This document shows positions 48,616 through 57,654 of a stretch of 64,000 nucleotides of DNA, piece by piece. Origin of the DNA: a virus. The notes under the pieces were generated by a model. It was not told the origin of the DNA and ran no database searches. It saw only the letters and a program-made list of their open reading frames with translations. Each line of letters begins with the position of its first letter. Positions within the stretch are counted from its first letter, which is position 1. The stretch lies in the UHGV virus genome UHGV-1376088. The stretch is one strand, 5' to 3'. Made by a program: the position numbers and the translations under genes.

Positions 48616-49476
48616 ATGCATAATATGATTTATGTAGTGAGTAGACGTGTAACTTCTCAAGAGTCTGAAGCAATTAAACGTATTTTTTCTTTAGCCCATA
48701 TTAGCCCAGAGTTTGTACGAATTATTGATATCGATTCTGAAGATCTGAATGTTTCTGGTAAATCTATTTTCCTATGCTTCAATGAGACGTCCGGGAAAGT
48801 AACTATGCCGCTGTCTAAAGAACGAGGATATCCGGGATATGCATTTCTTAAAGACTTTACTGATGATGTACAAAAGGTTGCGGTTTGTATCTTATCAGAA
48901 TCTATTTCCCATTATGCATTGCCACATTGCTTGGTATCTGATAAGGCTATGCTCTGGAATTGCGTCCAAAAGATTGCAGCTAAATTCTCCGAATGGTATC
49001 CGAGTTTAGTTCAACATAGTCAGCCTCAGCCTCAAGTCCAAGAGACTAAGCAAGTAGAGACCAAGCAGGAACCTGTTGATAATGTTACCCATAAGGCGCC
49101 TGAGAATGTACAGGAACTCCCTAAAGAGGCTGAACCTGAGCAACCCTATGTCCGACCTGATAATGCTCCTACAGCATTCTCTGTAGTCCAGGAAACGGCA
49201 GATGGAACCGAAGTCTCATTTCAGGTTGACGAAATGATTGACCGTATGATTGACTCGATGAAGCTGAGCGACCCTGGATTAGGTAAATCTTTAAAACTTA
49301 TGGAATCTGTTGTGTTGGAATCCAACAGTGGTCAGCGGATTACAGTGTATCCTGGAAATATCGTTAAAGACCCAAGCGAAGGTGTACATATATCCTTTAA
49401 GGATGTTTGCTCATTAGTTAAGCTTGCATTAATTTCAGAGTCAGATAGAATTCGTTTTATTTTGAGAAGAGAGTAA
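48616..49476 (+). CDS. hypothetical protein with acidic/Gln-Pro-rich linker
   Basis: ORF with 'QPQPQVQETKQVETKQEP' low-complexity segment. Confidence 0.45.
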   Translation: MHNMIYVVSRRVTSQESEAIKRIFSLAHISPEFVRIIDIDSEDLNVSGKSIFLCFNETSGKVTMPLSKERGYPGYAFLKDFTDDVQKVAVCILSESISHYALPHCLVSDKAMLWNCVQKIAAKFSEWYPSLVQHSQPQPQVQETKQVETKQEPVDNVTHKAPENVQELPKEAEPEQPYVRPDNAPTAFSVVQETADGTEVSFQVDEMIDRMIDSMKLSDPGLGKSLKLMESVVLESNSGQRITVYPGNIVKDPSEGVHISFKDVCSLVKLALISESDRIRFILRRE

Positions 49477-49477
49477 T

Positions 49478-49795
49478 ATGAAATACAAGAATCTAGAAGA
49501 AACAACAGAAAGCGAAGTTATGACCACTAGCGGGCCAGTCTTCAAAGAAAGATCAGATCCAGATAAGTTTAATGCTCCTATTTCTGAAGAAAGAGAAGAT
49601 CCTGAACGGTCGGATGAAAAAATGATCGTAATTAAAGAAAAAGATGGTTCGATCTCTTTCTCTATTGACGATAATTGGGCCGCATATGAAGTTATTGGCG
49701 CATTGGAAATGGTCAAGAGCACTGTTTTAAACAGAGTTAATCCACAGGCTCCAAGCATTATGGACAGAATCTTGATGAAATCTGGAATCAAATAA
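49478..49795 (+). CDS. hypothetical acidic protein
   Basis: ORF. Confidence 0.4.
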   Translation: MKYKNLEETTESEVMTTSGPVFKERSDPDKFNAPISEEREDPERSDEKMIVIKEKDGSISFSIDDNWAAYEVIGALEMVKSTVLNRVNPQAPSIMDRILMKSGIK

Positions 49796-49835
49796 ATCTC
49801 ATTTTTTATAATGAGCCATGTAAAGGATATTAAAT

Positions 49836-50384
49836 ATGGGACCCTATTTACTAAGACGCCTAATTTTATGTCTAATATCTCAAATGTCAGGAAAAGATTT
49901 TACATTTGATGAGGATAATTTTAGCTGGCGAATTAAAAATGAAATAGGGTCTTTCCTTGGCATGAACGAAATGGACGTAGTGGTAGATAGAATAACATAC
50001 GATTCTAGAAACATGAATATAGGTTTAAAGATTCCTGACTTCAAAATCTATAGGCATTCAAATGTTCCATCTAATATTATGAAAAGCTATTATTTTCTAT
50101 ATTTATGGTTAAAAGAGAATAATATGAACTTTGCTGAATGGAACAAATTAAATTTCAAAAATTTGGAAATGGTAAACTATATTCATGTTGATAAAAGCAT
50201 GAAACATGATAGGGTTCATCCTGGTGAGTTTTTCTTACTTACGATGCCTTCTAGTCGTTTATACTTTCCTATTTATTTATTCTTTAATAAAGACTTTTTG
50301 GAAATACTTCGTATATTGTACATCGATATTCATAACCAATGCGTTAGCGATTGTGACGATTTAGATTCATATCGATTAAATTAA
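49836..50384 (+). CDS. hypothetical protein
   Basis: SD 'aaagga'. Confidence 0.45.
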   Translation: MGPYLLRRLILCLISQMSGKDFTFDEDNFSWRIKNEIGSFLGMNEMDVVVDRITYDSRNMNIGLKIPDFKIYRHSNVPSNIMKSYYFLYLWLKENNMNFAEWNKLNFKNLEMVNYIHVDKSMKHDRVHPGEFFLLTMPSSRLYFPIYLFFNKDFLEILRILYIDIHNQCVSDCDDLDSYRLN

Positions 50385-50401
50385 AACAGAAAGATATTAA
50401 C

Positions 50402-51163
50402 ATGTCCCCTTTGGAAAATGAAATTTTTTTGCGTGCAGCTGTTTCAAATGTTGCAGAATTGCGTAACACAAAAGTAAAATTTAAGGATTTTACTATTGAT
50501 AGTTATCGCAGATCTTTAAATACCCATCTCAGAAAACTCTTGCCAGGCACTACCGTAACATTTAATAATAATAGAATGAGAGTTGTTATTCCTAATTTGA
50601 GGCTTTTCGATAAAGAGTATATGAATGAGGCTACAAATAGGGTTTCAGAAATTATCCGTGCTCCTTATTTAACCGGAGAAATAGATGTAAGATTTCATGC
50701 ATTTTTTGCATATAATGCAAGCGAAATCATTTCGAAACTATTTAAGCTTCGTAATTATATGATTTCTAACAGCTATCTAGCTGACTCCGTAGATGGTATT
50801 GATGATTATGTTTTCGGTTCGTATTTGACCAATATAAGATATGAATTTGAAGAGGATGAAATCAAACCGCTAATGTCTACTGACAGAGAAGAGTATCATA
50901 AGTTTGTTAGATCTCTGGCATTTGAACATCCTGCAGGTCAACATATCAGTAATAACTATACCCCGATACTAACCAATCATAATACATATATTTATCATCA
51001 TAGTGAAAATATGTTTTTGGTTAACTTGGCAACTACTGTGTTTGATCCTAATAGAAGATCTGGAAGATTCGTACTTTCAATTCCAATTCAAGGGGTCCTT
51101 GATAAAAACTTTTTGACACTCCTTGCGGGTGTATTTGAAAGTTTAAATAATGATAACGGTTAA
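50402..51163 (+). CDS. hypothetical protein
   Basis: ORF. Confidence 0.45.
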   Translation: MSPLENEIFLRAAVSNVAELRNTKVKFKDFTIDSYRRSLNTHLRKLLPGTTVTFNNNRMRVVIPNLRLFDKEYMNEATNRVSEIIRAPYLTGEIDVRFHAFFAYNASEIISKLFKLRNYMISNSYLADSVDGIDDYVFGSYLTNIRYEFEEDEIKPLMSTDREEYHKFVRSLAFEHPAGQHISNNYTPILTNHNTYIYHHSENMFLVNLATTVFDPNRRSGRFVLSIPIQGVLDKNFLTLLAGVFESLNNDNG

Positions 51164-51165
51164 TT

Positions 51166-51741
51166 ATGAGCGTTTATTTTTGTGGTATTGACTTATCTGT
51201 TACCAATACTGGATTAGCAGTTGTTGAGTACCTGGGTGATAGTAAATTTAATCTAATTGATATTAAGTCTATTACGCCCAATCCGAGGACAAAAGGTTTT
51301 AATAAGAAATTAGAATCTTTAGAATGTTTTATTTTTGCGACAGAGTCCTTTAGTTCAATTAAGGACTCTAAATTTTTTGTATTAGAAAACTATAGCTTTG
51401 GTTCACCAGGACGATTAACTGATCTTGCAGAATTGGCGGGATTGTATAAGGGACATATTATACGTGGACTTGGTAAAAGCTATGATGTAATTGCACCGCA
51501 AACAGTTAAAAAAATAATTACAGGCTCTGGAAGAGCCGATAAAAATGAGGTTCAAGAATCATTAAAAAATTTTGTTGTAAATATTGAGAATTTCACATTC
51601 AACAATTACGATGAATCTGATGCTGTTGCGGTTGCCGTGTCATACGGCTTGCAAATGGAAGAAATACAAAATGGAAATAAAGAAAATAAAAAAGATATTA
51701 GCGAAGTTAAACAAAGTAATAGAAGAAGAAAGTCCAACTAA
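51166..51741 (+). CDS. RuvC-like Holliday-junction resolvase (RNase H-fold)
   Basis: 'VYFCGIDLSVTNTGLAVV' matches the RuvC/YqgF N-terminal catalytic motif; acidic residues downstream; Lys-rich tail. Confidence 0.55.
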   Translation: MSVYFCGIDLSVTNTGLAVVEYLGDSKFNLIDIKSITPNPRTKGFNKKLESLECFIFATESFSSIKDSKFFVLENYSFGSPGRLTDLAELAGLYKGHIIRGLGKSYDVIAPQTVKKIITGSGRADKNEVQESLKNFVVNIENFTFNNYDESDAVAVAVSYGLQMEEIQNGNKENKKDISEVKQSNRRRKSN

Positions 51742-51964
51742 TGCCGAGTTTATTTTATCTGTTGCTAATTTGCTGCGAGTCTTTTCGCTTGCGCATATAG
51801 TATTAGATGCCAATATTCCTAAATTTAATTATAACGATAGCTTTGAAGTTGAAAAAATGTGTTTAACCTATCCGGATAATTTTGGATTGCAACTTATGCT
51901 TCAGGTTCATGTTCTAATTAAAATGTCTGAACGTTTTTCCGATTCACCCGAAATAGAGAAATAA
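51671..51964 (+). CDS. hypothetical protein
   Basis: ATG with 'ggaag' RBS; overlaps the resolvase 3' end in another frame (the track start 51584 is a TTG). Confidence 0.35.
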   Translation: MEIKKIKKILAKLNKVIEEESPTNAEFILSVANLLRVFSLAHIVLDANIPKFNYNDSFEVEKMCLTYPDNFGLQLMLQVHVLIKMSERFSDSPEIEK

Positions 51965-51965
51965 T

Positions 51966-52484
51966 ATGTCTGAAACTATTGAAACGTCCATGATTGGGTA
52001 TCGCAATTATGATGAGTATGTTTCTTCTTTTATGGAAAATGTTCCATTTAGAGGAAAGTCTTTGACCGAATGGGAAAGGGAAGTTCAACTTCCGATTGTT
52101 AATGAACATTCGGACACTGCTGATTTACGGGCTGCAAATGCAAGGTTTATAGAAATTCTTCGCATTGTTAACTCTAATTATGCTTATGCAAAAGCGGCAT
52201 ACAAAACCTGTGAAGTTCATTATCAAGCTGCAATGCTGGCATCTAAAAAAGAAATTATGGAGCGTTTCGAAGCTCAAGAAGTTAAGCGCAGACCCAGCAT
52301 TGAGGCATTGAACTCTATGGCTATGGAAGAATGCAAGACAAAATATATTGCAATGAATATAGCAGAATCATTTTTAGATTATTGGCATATTCAAAATGAA
52401 AAAATTAAAATTTTCGATTCAAGACTTGGTGGTCTTGGATACTTGGTATCTCTAGAGGAGAGATACTCTACTAGAGGTCAATAA
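51966..52484 (+). CDS. hypothetical protein
   Basis: ORF. Confidence 0.45.
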   Translation: MSETIETSMIGYRNYDEYVSSFMENVPFRGKSLTEWEREVQLPIVNEHSDTADLRAANARFIEILRIVNSNYAYAKAAYKTCEVHYQAAMLASKKEIMERFEAQEVKRRPSIEALNSMAMEECKTKYIAMNIAESFLDYWHIQNEKIKIFDSRLGGLGYLVSLEERYSTRGQ

Positions 52485-52513
52485 TAACTCTAATTTAAAA
52501 GGACAACGCAGAA

Positions 52514-53176
52514 GTGTCTAAAATAGAAATGAACGTTTCGCCCGACGTCAAAAGGGCAATGACTAACTTTAAGACTGCAATGAATAAGAAGTATGGAGAA
52601 GGTAGTGATATTTTTGCCAACGGGCAGTATCAGAATTTTGAGTCTATCTCTTCTGGTTCTGCCATTCTTGATGGTCTTCTTGGTAATGGAGGATGGGTCA
52701 GGGGCCGTGTTCACGAAATCTTTGGCGCGTCCGGTTCTGGCAAATCCACTATTGTATCTTTGACTTGTGCAAATGCACGTCGACAATATCCGGATAAATA
52801 CATTTTATATGTGGACGCCGAACAAGCGCAAAACCATGCCTATATGAAAAAATTGGGGCTTGATTGCGAGAACGATGAAGGTGTCGTATTCCTCCAGATG
52901 CAGGAAGCTGAGAATGTCTTTGAAGTTATTGACGGTGCGGTTGCTACCGGCGCCTTTAGTTTGGTTGTCGTTGATAGTGTTCCAGCGTTAATGACTAAAC
53001 GCGAATTGAATGGCGATTACGACAAAGAAACGATGGCCGAGAAAGCTCGCTTCCTGTCTAAAGCTTTGCCCAAGCTTTTGGAATCTTTGAAGAAAGCTAA
53101 TACCACTATGATTTTTGTGAATCAGGTAAGGGACAAGATGGATATGTGGGGCGGAGTTACTACCCCTGGTAATAGT
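52514..53176 (+). CDS. recA: RecA/UvsX-family recombinase, exon 1 (N-terminal core up to the loop-2 region)
   Basis: 'ISSGSAILDGLLGNGGWVRGRVHEIFGASGSGKSTI' (Walker A), 'LVVVDSVPAL', 'IFVNQVRDKM...TTPGNS'; GTG start with SD 'aaagga'; homology stops at ...TTPGNS, then 14 junk codons to a stop. Confidence 0.75.
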
Positions 53177-53470
53177 ATCTATGGTTACTATTTAGTAACT
53201 GTAGATTTCTGCCGTTCATAGTGGAAACATTATGAATCATGATAGCGGAATTAAGCGAGAAAATCCTCCCTCTTAGATAGGACAACTCGAACCGAAGGCT
53301 GGCCCTAACGGCCCAGTCAGGGGCAACGCATAGAAGCTGAAACTAATAATAGAATATAATGCTTCCACGAGGCCGCTACACCTAAGTCCTTTGGATATGG
53401 TGAAAAAGTATGCTGAACTGCATTGTAATGATGCAGAGGCAGAGATAAAAAGCTCTGCGATAACAAAATG
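53177..53470 (+). other. intervening sequence in recA (candidate self-splicing intron, ~294 nt, no ORF)
   Basis: RecA homology resumes in the same frame at 53471; exon 1 ends in U and the intervening sequence ends in G; the segment is locally GC-richer (ggctggccctaacggcccagtcaggggcaacgc) than flanking DNA. Confidence 0.5.
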
Positions 53471-53905
53471 GGAAAAGCCATTCCGTTTTATTGCTCAAGT
53501 CGTGTTAAAGTAAATTCGACCCCGTCAATGCGAATTAAAAATTCAGCCGGCGATGGATTCATTGGTCAAACCGTGGACTTTACTATAATTAAGAATAAAG
53601 TCGGTAGTCCTTTTGGTGTTGGTGAATCTAATCTTTATTTTGGTGTTGGTTTTAATAAAGTTGAAGAACTTATTGAAGCTGCTATTGCCAAAGATGTTTT
53701 TGAAAAGGGCGGAGCCTGGTACACATTACCTTATTGTACTGAAGATGGCGAAGTTTTAAAATTTCAAGGTAAAACTGGCCTTAAATCATATTATGAAGCC
53801 AATCCTTCCGAATTAGATAAACTTCAAGAACTTGTTAACAATGCGGGACGTGATGATGAAATTCAAGTAGTTGGGGCGCCCGGTACAGTTGAGGATGGAT
53901 ATTAA
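53471..53905 (+). CDS. recA: RecA/UvsX-family recombinase, exon 2 (C-terminal part)
   Basis: 'KAIPFYCSSRVKV...IIKNKVGSPFGVGESNLYFGVGFNK...GGAWYTL' aligns to RecA '...KFYASVRLDIRR...[24 protein letters not shown]...AGAWYSY'. Confidence 0.7.
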   Translation, partial: GKAIPFYCSSRVKVNSTPSMRIKNSAGDGFIGQTVDFTIIKNKVGSPFGVGESNLYFGVGFNKVEELIEAAIAKDVFEKGGAWYTLPYCTEDGEVLKFQGKTGLKSYYEANPSELDKLQELVNNAGRDDEIQVVGAPGTVEDGY

Positions 53906-54450
53906 TGTTTTTCTATCAAGTATGGATGATTGGTAATCTTATGATGTGTAAATTTGCAAAACTGTTTGGCATTAAAAGTCATACAGAAAAAGTTAAACAG
54001 TTTATGACTATTGCAGGCCAGACTGTAAACGAGAAGGCGACTATTCCGTCTTCTGCTGATTCTCTTCTTCGTGTCCAATTGACTCTCGAAGAAACAATTG
54101 AAATGGCCGAAGCTATCTTATCCGATGAGGCTAAGAATAATAATAATGCCAAAGAGGTTCTTGATACTCTAAATCTCGGATTGAAAAAGCTTAAAGATCT
54201 TTCTTTTGAATTGAAAGACAAGGATCTTAATGTTGATCTGGTTGGCGTCTATGATGCCATTGTTGATATCGACTACGTAAATACCGGCGCTGCTATTACA
54301 TTTGGCCTGGACCTTGAATCTGGATTCAATGAGGTTCATGCCTCTAATATGTCTAAATTTGTTGATGGCAAAGCCGTCAAAAATGAATTAGGTAAAGTCA
54401 TTAAGGGTCCTAATTATTGGAAACCTGATTTGACCCAATATATTAAATAA
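53905..54450 (+). CDS. MazG-like all-alpha NTP pyrophosphohydrolase (N-terminal extension uncertain)
   Basis: 'LEETIEMAEAI', 'EVLDTLNLGL', 'EVHASNMSKF' resemble the MazG/HisE EExxE...D motifs; an alternative start ATG lies at 54004. Confidence 0.45.
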   Translation: MFFYQVWMIGNLMMCKFAKLFGIKSHTEKVKQFMTIAGQTVNEKATIPSSADSLLRVQLTLEETIEMAEAILSDEAKNNNNAKEVLDTLNLGLKKLKDLSFELKDKDLNVDLVGVYDAIVDIDYVNTGAAITFGLDLESGFNEVHASNMSKFVDGKAVKNELGKVIKGPNYWKPDLTQYIK

Positions 54451-54475
54451 CTGCTTAAGTAAGAAAGGACTATTA

Positions 54476-56233
54476 ATGGACTTTGTATCCACTCCTGAAA
54501 ATCCAAATGGTGATATTAAACCCGAAGATATCGGGAAGTATACGAATTTACATGCTCATAGCATTTATAGTCCTTTAGATGGCTTCGGTAAGCTTGAAGA
54601 ATATTGCGAACGGGTAAAAGCTCTAGGGATGAAAGGCTTATGCCTTTCTGAACATGGCAATATGATTGGTCATCATGAACAGGCTAAGATTTGTGCTAAG
54701 CATGGCATTAAGCCTATTTTTGCTAATGAAGGGTATATGACTCTTCATGCCGGATCTATTAAAGAAAAGATAGAGGGTTATAAGGCGAACTATCATATTT
54801 TGCTTATTGCTATTAATGAGCAGGGTTATAGAAACCTTATGAAAGCTACATCTATTGCTTGGACACGTTATAAATATTATAAGCCACGCTTTGATTTAGC
54901 ACTTCTTGAAGAATGCAACGAGGGCCTGATTTGTACATCTGCTTGTCTTGGCGGACCAATTAATCAGTTATATTTAGATGGCCGACCTGAAGAGGCTGAA
55001 CAGGTTGCGCTAAAGCTGAAAGAGATTTTCGGCGATAGATTTTATTTGGAAAAAACTTATACCGGCTTAGAAGAGCAAGATATTGCTAATAAGAATTTGG
55101 TTGAGATTTCTAAAAAGCATAATATACCTATGATTATTACTTGTGATAGTCATTATGTTTATCCTTGGCAATCTGATAGTCATGCAAAATTGGTTATGGT
55201 TAATACTGGCGGTCAAATCAATAAAGCGATTAAGGCTGCCGGCTTAACTGACTCTAGCAAAGAAGATGCTGACGTAGATAGCAACTCTATGTTCTATCAG
55301 CCTAGTCAGTATTATGTTAAACCACATCATGTATTGGTTGAAGAATATTATTCTAATCCTGAAGATGAAGAAGCCTTTGCCAATACTAATAAAATTGCAG
55401 ATATGTGCAATGTGGTTTTACCTAAAAATGAAGACATCATTTTTCCTTCACCATATTCTGATCCCGATTCTGTTTTAAGAGGACGGGCAATGCAATGGTA
55501 TTCGGAATACTCTAAAAAACTTTCTGATGAACAAAAAGCATTGTATTTAGATAGGCTGGAAGAAGAGCTGGATATGTATTCTAAAATGGGCTTTAGTTCT
55601 TATCCTTTGGTGCTGCAAGAGATTCTTGATGAAGCCAAAGCGAAAGGCATTATGATTGGCCCTGGCCGAGGATGCCTATTTGAGGGAACTAAAGTTCTAA
55701 TTAATAGATCCGGATCCATATATTATTGTCCGATTGAATTTGTCAAAGTCGGCGATATGGTATGGACACATAATAGCAGATGGAAGTCTGTATATCATAC
55801 CACTAAATATGTTGTAGACTATAGAGATATGGTTACTCTCGAGACAGAATATGGTATGATGCACCTCACAGAAGACCATAAAGTAAAAACAAAAAACCAT
55901 GGATTTATCCCTGCTATTGAATTAGACGGACAAATACACACACTGGATAGAGGAACTTTATCCGATGAAATTCTGTCTAAAGTTGAAGATTATAAAACCG
56001 ATTCAATCGAAAATTTTGAACTTTCTAGCTTCTATAATGAGGATGAACCTGTAAGGGTTTATGATCTTATGGTTGATGAAGATTGTTCTTTTAGAACTAA
56101 TATCTGTATGGTGCACAATAGTGCCGCGGGGTCTTTACTCTCTTATGCATTAGGTATTACTGCTATTGACCCTATACCATATGGACTAATGTTCAGTCGT
56201 TATCTTAACGCCGGACGCGCAAAACTACCGGTT
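54476..56233 (+). CDS. dnaE: DNA polymerase III alpha (DnaE) exon 1: PHP domain through the GPGRG...SAAGS...LNAGRAKLPV region, containing a mini-intein
   Basis: PHP 'NLHAHSIYSPLDGFG...CLSEHGNMIGH'; 'GIMIGPGRG[intein]SAAGSLLSYALGITAIDPIPYGLMFSRYLN'; homology to E. coli '...ERVSMPDFDVDFC' ends at ...KLPV; the ORF then reads 18 non-homologous codons to a stop at 56287. Confidence 0.8.
55673..56119 (+). other. mini-intein (Hint domain, 149 aa, no homing endonuclease) in DnaE
   Basis: Inserted between GPGRG and SAAGS; begins 'CLFEG' (Cys1) and ends 'VHN' followed by Ser+1; length consistent with a mini-intein. Confidence 0.7.
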
Positions 56234-56290
56234 ATTGAAATTAAAGGCTACCCATTAAAAGAGTGGCTAACAACAGAAAGAAAATAAAAA

Positions 56291-56776
56291 ATGTCTTTAC
56301 AATACCTTCAAAATGAATTGCTACCAAAATTAAATACTTCAACATTTGCATGCTATTCTGCTTATACCAACTTGTCGGTAAAAGAAAAGTATGAATTCAT
56401 TAAAGAAGTAGTTAAATCCGGCTTTGATCATAATTGGATGTCCTTTATGGACACGTTAAATATTTCCTGTGATGAAGACGATTTGCTATTAAGCTGTTTG
56501 CCAGAAGTAGTTAATCCGAGTGTTTATTTTACAGCTCGTAAAAATGGTAACATGAATTTAAATGAAATTACCAATATTTATGGACTAACAGCCAGAATCC
56601 TTGAAATGGAAGACGGCGAAAAACGTTTAGATTCTCTTATTCTTAATGATAGGTTAAATGCAGGAATAGTGTGGCATGTACATCAACCGGATTCCTTATT
56701 GGAATTAGCTGCGGTTTTATATTTTATGCTAGTGTCTAATGCTGCATATATACGAATTGAAGGTAGTAAAGGATAA
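56291..56776 (+). CDS. hypothetical protein
   Basis: First ORF inside the dnaE-interrupting block. Confidence 0.45.
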   Translation: MSLQYLQNELLPKLNTSTFACYSAYTNLSVKEKYEFIKEVVKSGFDHNWMSFMDTLNISCDEDDLLLSCLPEVVNPSVYFTARKNGNMNLNEITNIYGLTARILEMEDGEKRLDSLILNDRLNAGIVWHVHQPDSLLELAAVLYFMLVSNAAYIRIEGSKG

Positions 56777-56802
56777 AATCTTATTGTAAAATATACTATA
56801 CC

Positions 56803-56835
56803 TATAATGATATAGGTTGTTTTTTACAAGAAAGG
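56803..56835 (+). terminator. rho-independent terminator
   Basis: cctata-atga-tatagg hairpin followed by ttgtttttta. Confidence 0.5.
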
Positions 56836-56841
56836 ATTTCT

Positions 56842-57054
56842 ATGCCAGAAACTAGTTCTCCTACAGGCTTTTCAGTTCCTCAATGGACTAATGGCTCAGG
56901 ACAGGAAGCTTTACCGTTTGGGAATGGTGTTTCTAGACGGGTAACTACAGATGATGATATCAGTGTACGTGACATTAACGACATTCGTCGTGTCATTGAA
57001 GCACTGATGATTCATACACATTCGCATCAAGACGTAGTTGGAGGTGGTTGCTAA
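56842..57054 (+). CDS. small peptide (70 aa), candidate RiPP precursor
   Basis: SD 'agaaagga'; ends 'HTHSHQDVVGGGC'; first gene of a tight operon with a radical-SAM/SPASM enzyme. Confidence 0.45.
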   Translation: MPETSSPTGFSVPQWTNGSGQEALPFGNGVSRRVTTDDDISVRDINDIRRVIEALMIHTHSHQDVVGGGC

Positions 57055-57653
57055 TGGCGATCAGCTTTTTTGAACTCAATAACACGATGACGGTCGCCGA
57101 AGGCAATTATGATAAAGCGCTTGAAGTTCTAGAGGTTTCCGAAGTTGGATCCTTAGAAAGAGCAGAAAAGATTTTTTATTTTGCCTCCAACATTGAAGAT
57201 GATGAATATTCTCTTTATGCTTATAATGCTCTTAAAGAGGTTATCGATAAAGAGCTTGAATTTATTGATGTTGAGTCTGAACAATATCCGCTTCTGAGAT
57301 TCTCTCAATTTTATTGTGAGAAATATGCATTGCCAAGAAATGATAAAGATTTGGCTGCGCTTGACCTTAGAGGTTTGCGAGAGTTTGTAGATCATTTGTA
57401 TAAATGTTACGTTGCACTTGACGGAATTCAAGAGTCTGATTTTAAATATCTTAAATACCAATTCGCATTCGATTATGAGACAGATTGGTTATGGGCGTAT
57501 ATAAAAGATATTTACGAAAAGATTAAATCGTATAAAACCCGATTTGGTTATAATGATTATATTATGGGATTCTTTGATGTGGATGATTCTGCTCGTAAAG
57601 CAATTCCATCTCAGATTCAAGCTTATTTTAGAGACAATCCGGTGAAAGATTAA
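57054..57653 (+). CDS. hypothetical protein (operon partner; possible peptide chaperone)
   Basis: taATG coupling to the peptide gene; ATGA coupling to the rSAM gene (the track start 57048 is a TTG). Confidence 0.45.
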   Translation: MAISFFELNNTMTVAEGNYDKALEVLEVSEVGSLERAEKIFYFASNIEDDEYSLYAYNALKEVIDKELEFIDVESEQYPLLRFSQFYCEKYALPRNDKDLAALDLRGLREFVDHLYKCYVALDGIQESDFKYLKYQFAFDYETDWLWAYIKDIYEKIKSYKTRFGYNDYIMGFFDVDDSARKAIPSQIQAYFRDNPVKD

Positions 57654-57654
57654 A

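Noticed and set aside
52490-52786. Minus-strand ORFs (e.g. 52490-52786, 36206-36604, 3403-4119, 1239-1637, 19465-19839 and others)
   Set aside because: All are embedded antisense to strong + strand genes with clear homology, have no RBS and unusual composition. They are considered spurious. Several minus ORFs in the tRNA island (e.g. 23429-23611, 23645-23848, 22609-22830) simply read through tRNA genes, translating GGTTCGA as 'SNP'-type peptides.
54476-56287. Treating 54476..56287 and the downstream piece as two independently translated DnaE subunit genes
   Set aside because: The downstream piece has no start codon or RBS and begins exactly where homology to the first piece ends, inside a conserved motif. 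The last 18 codons of the upstream ORF are non-homologous read-through.
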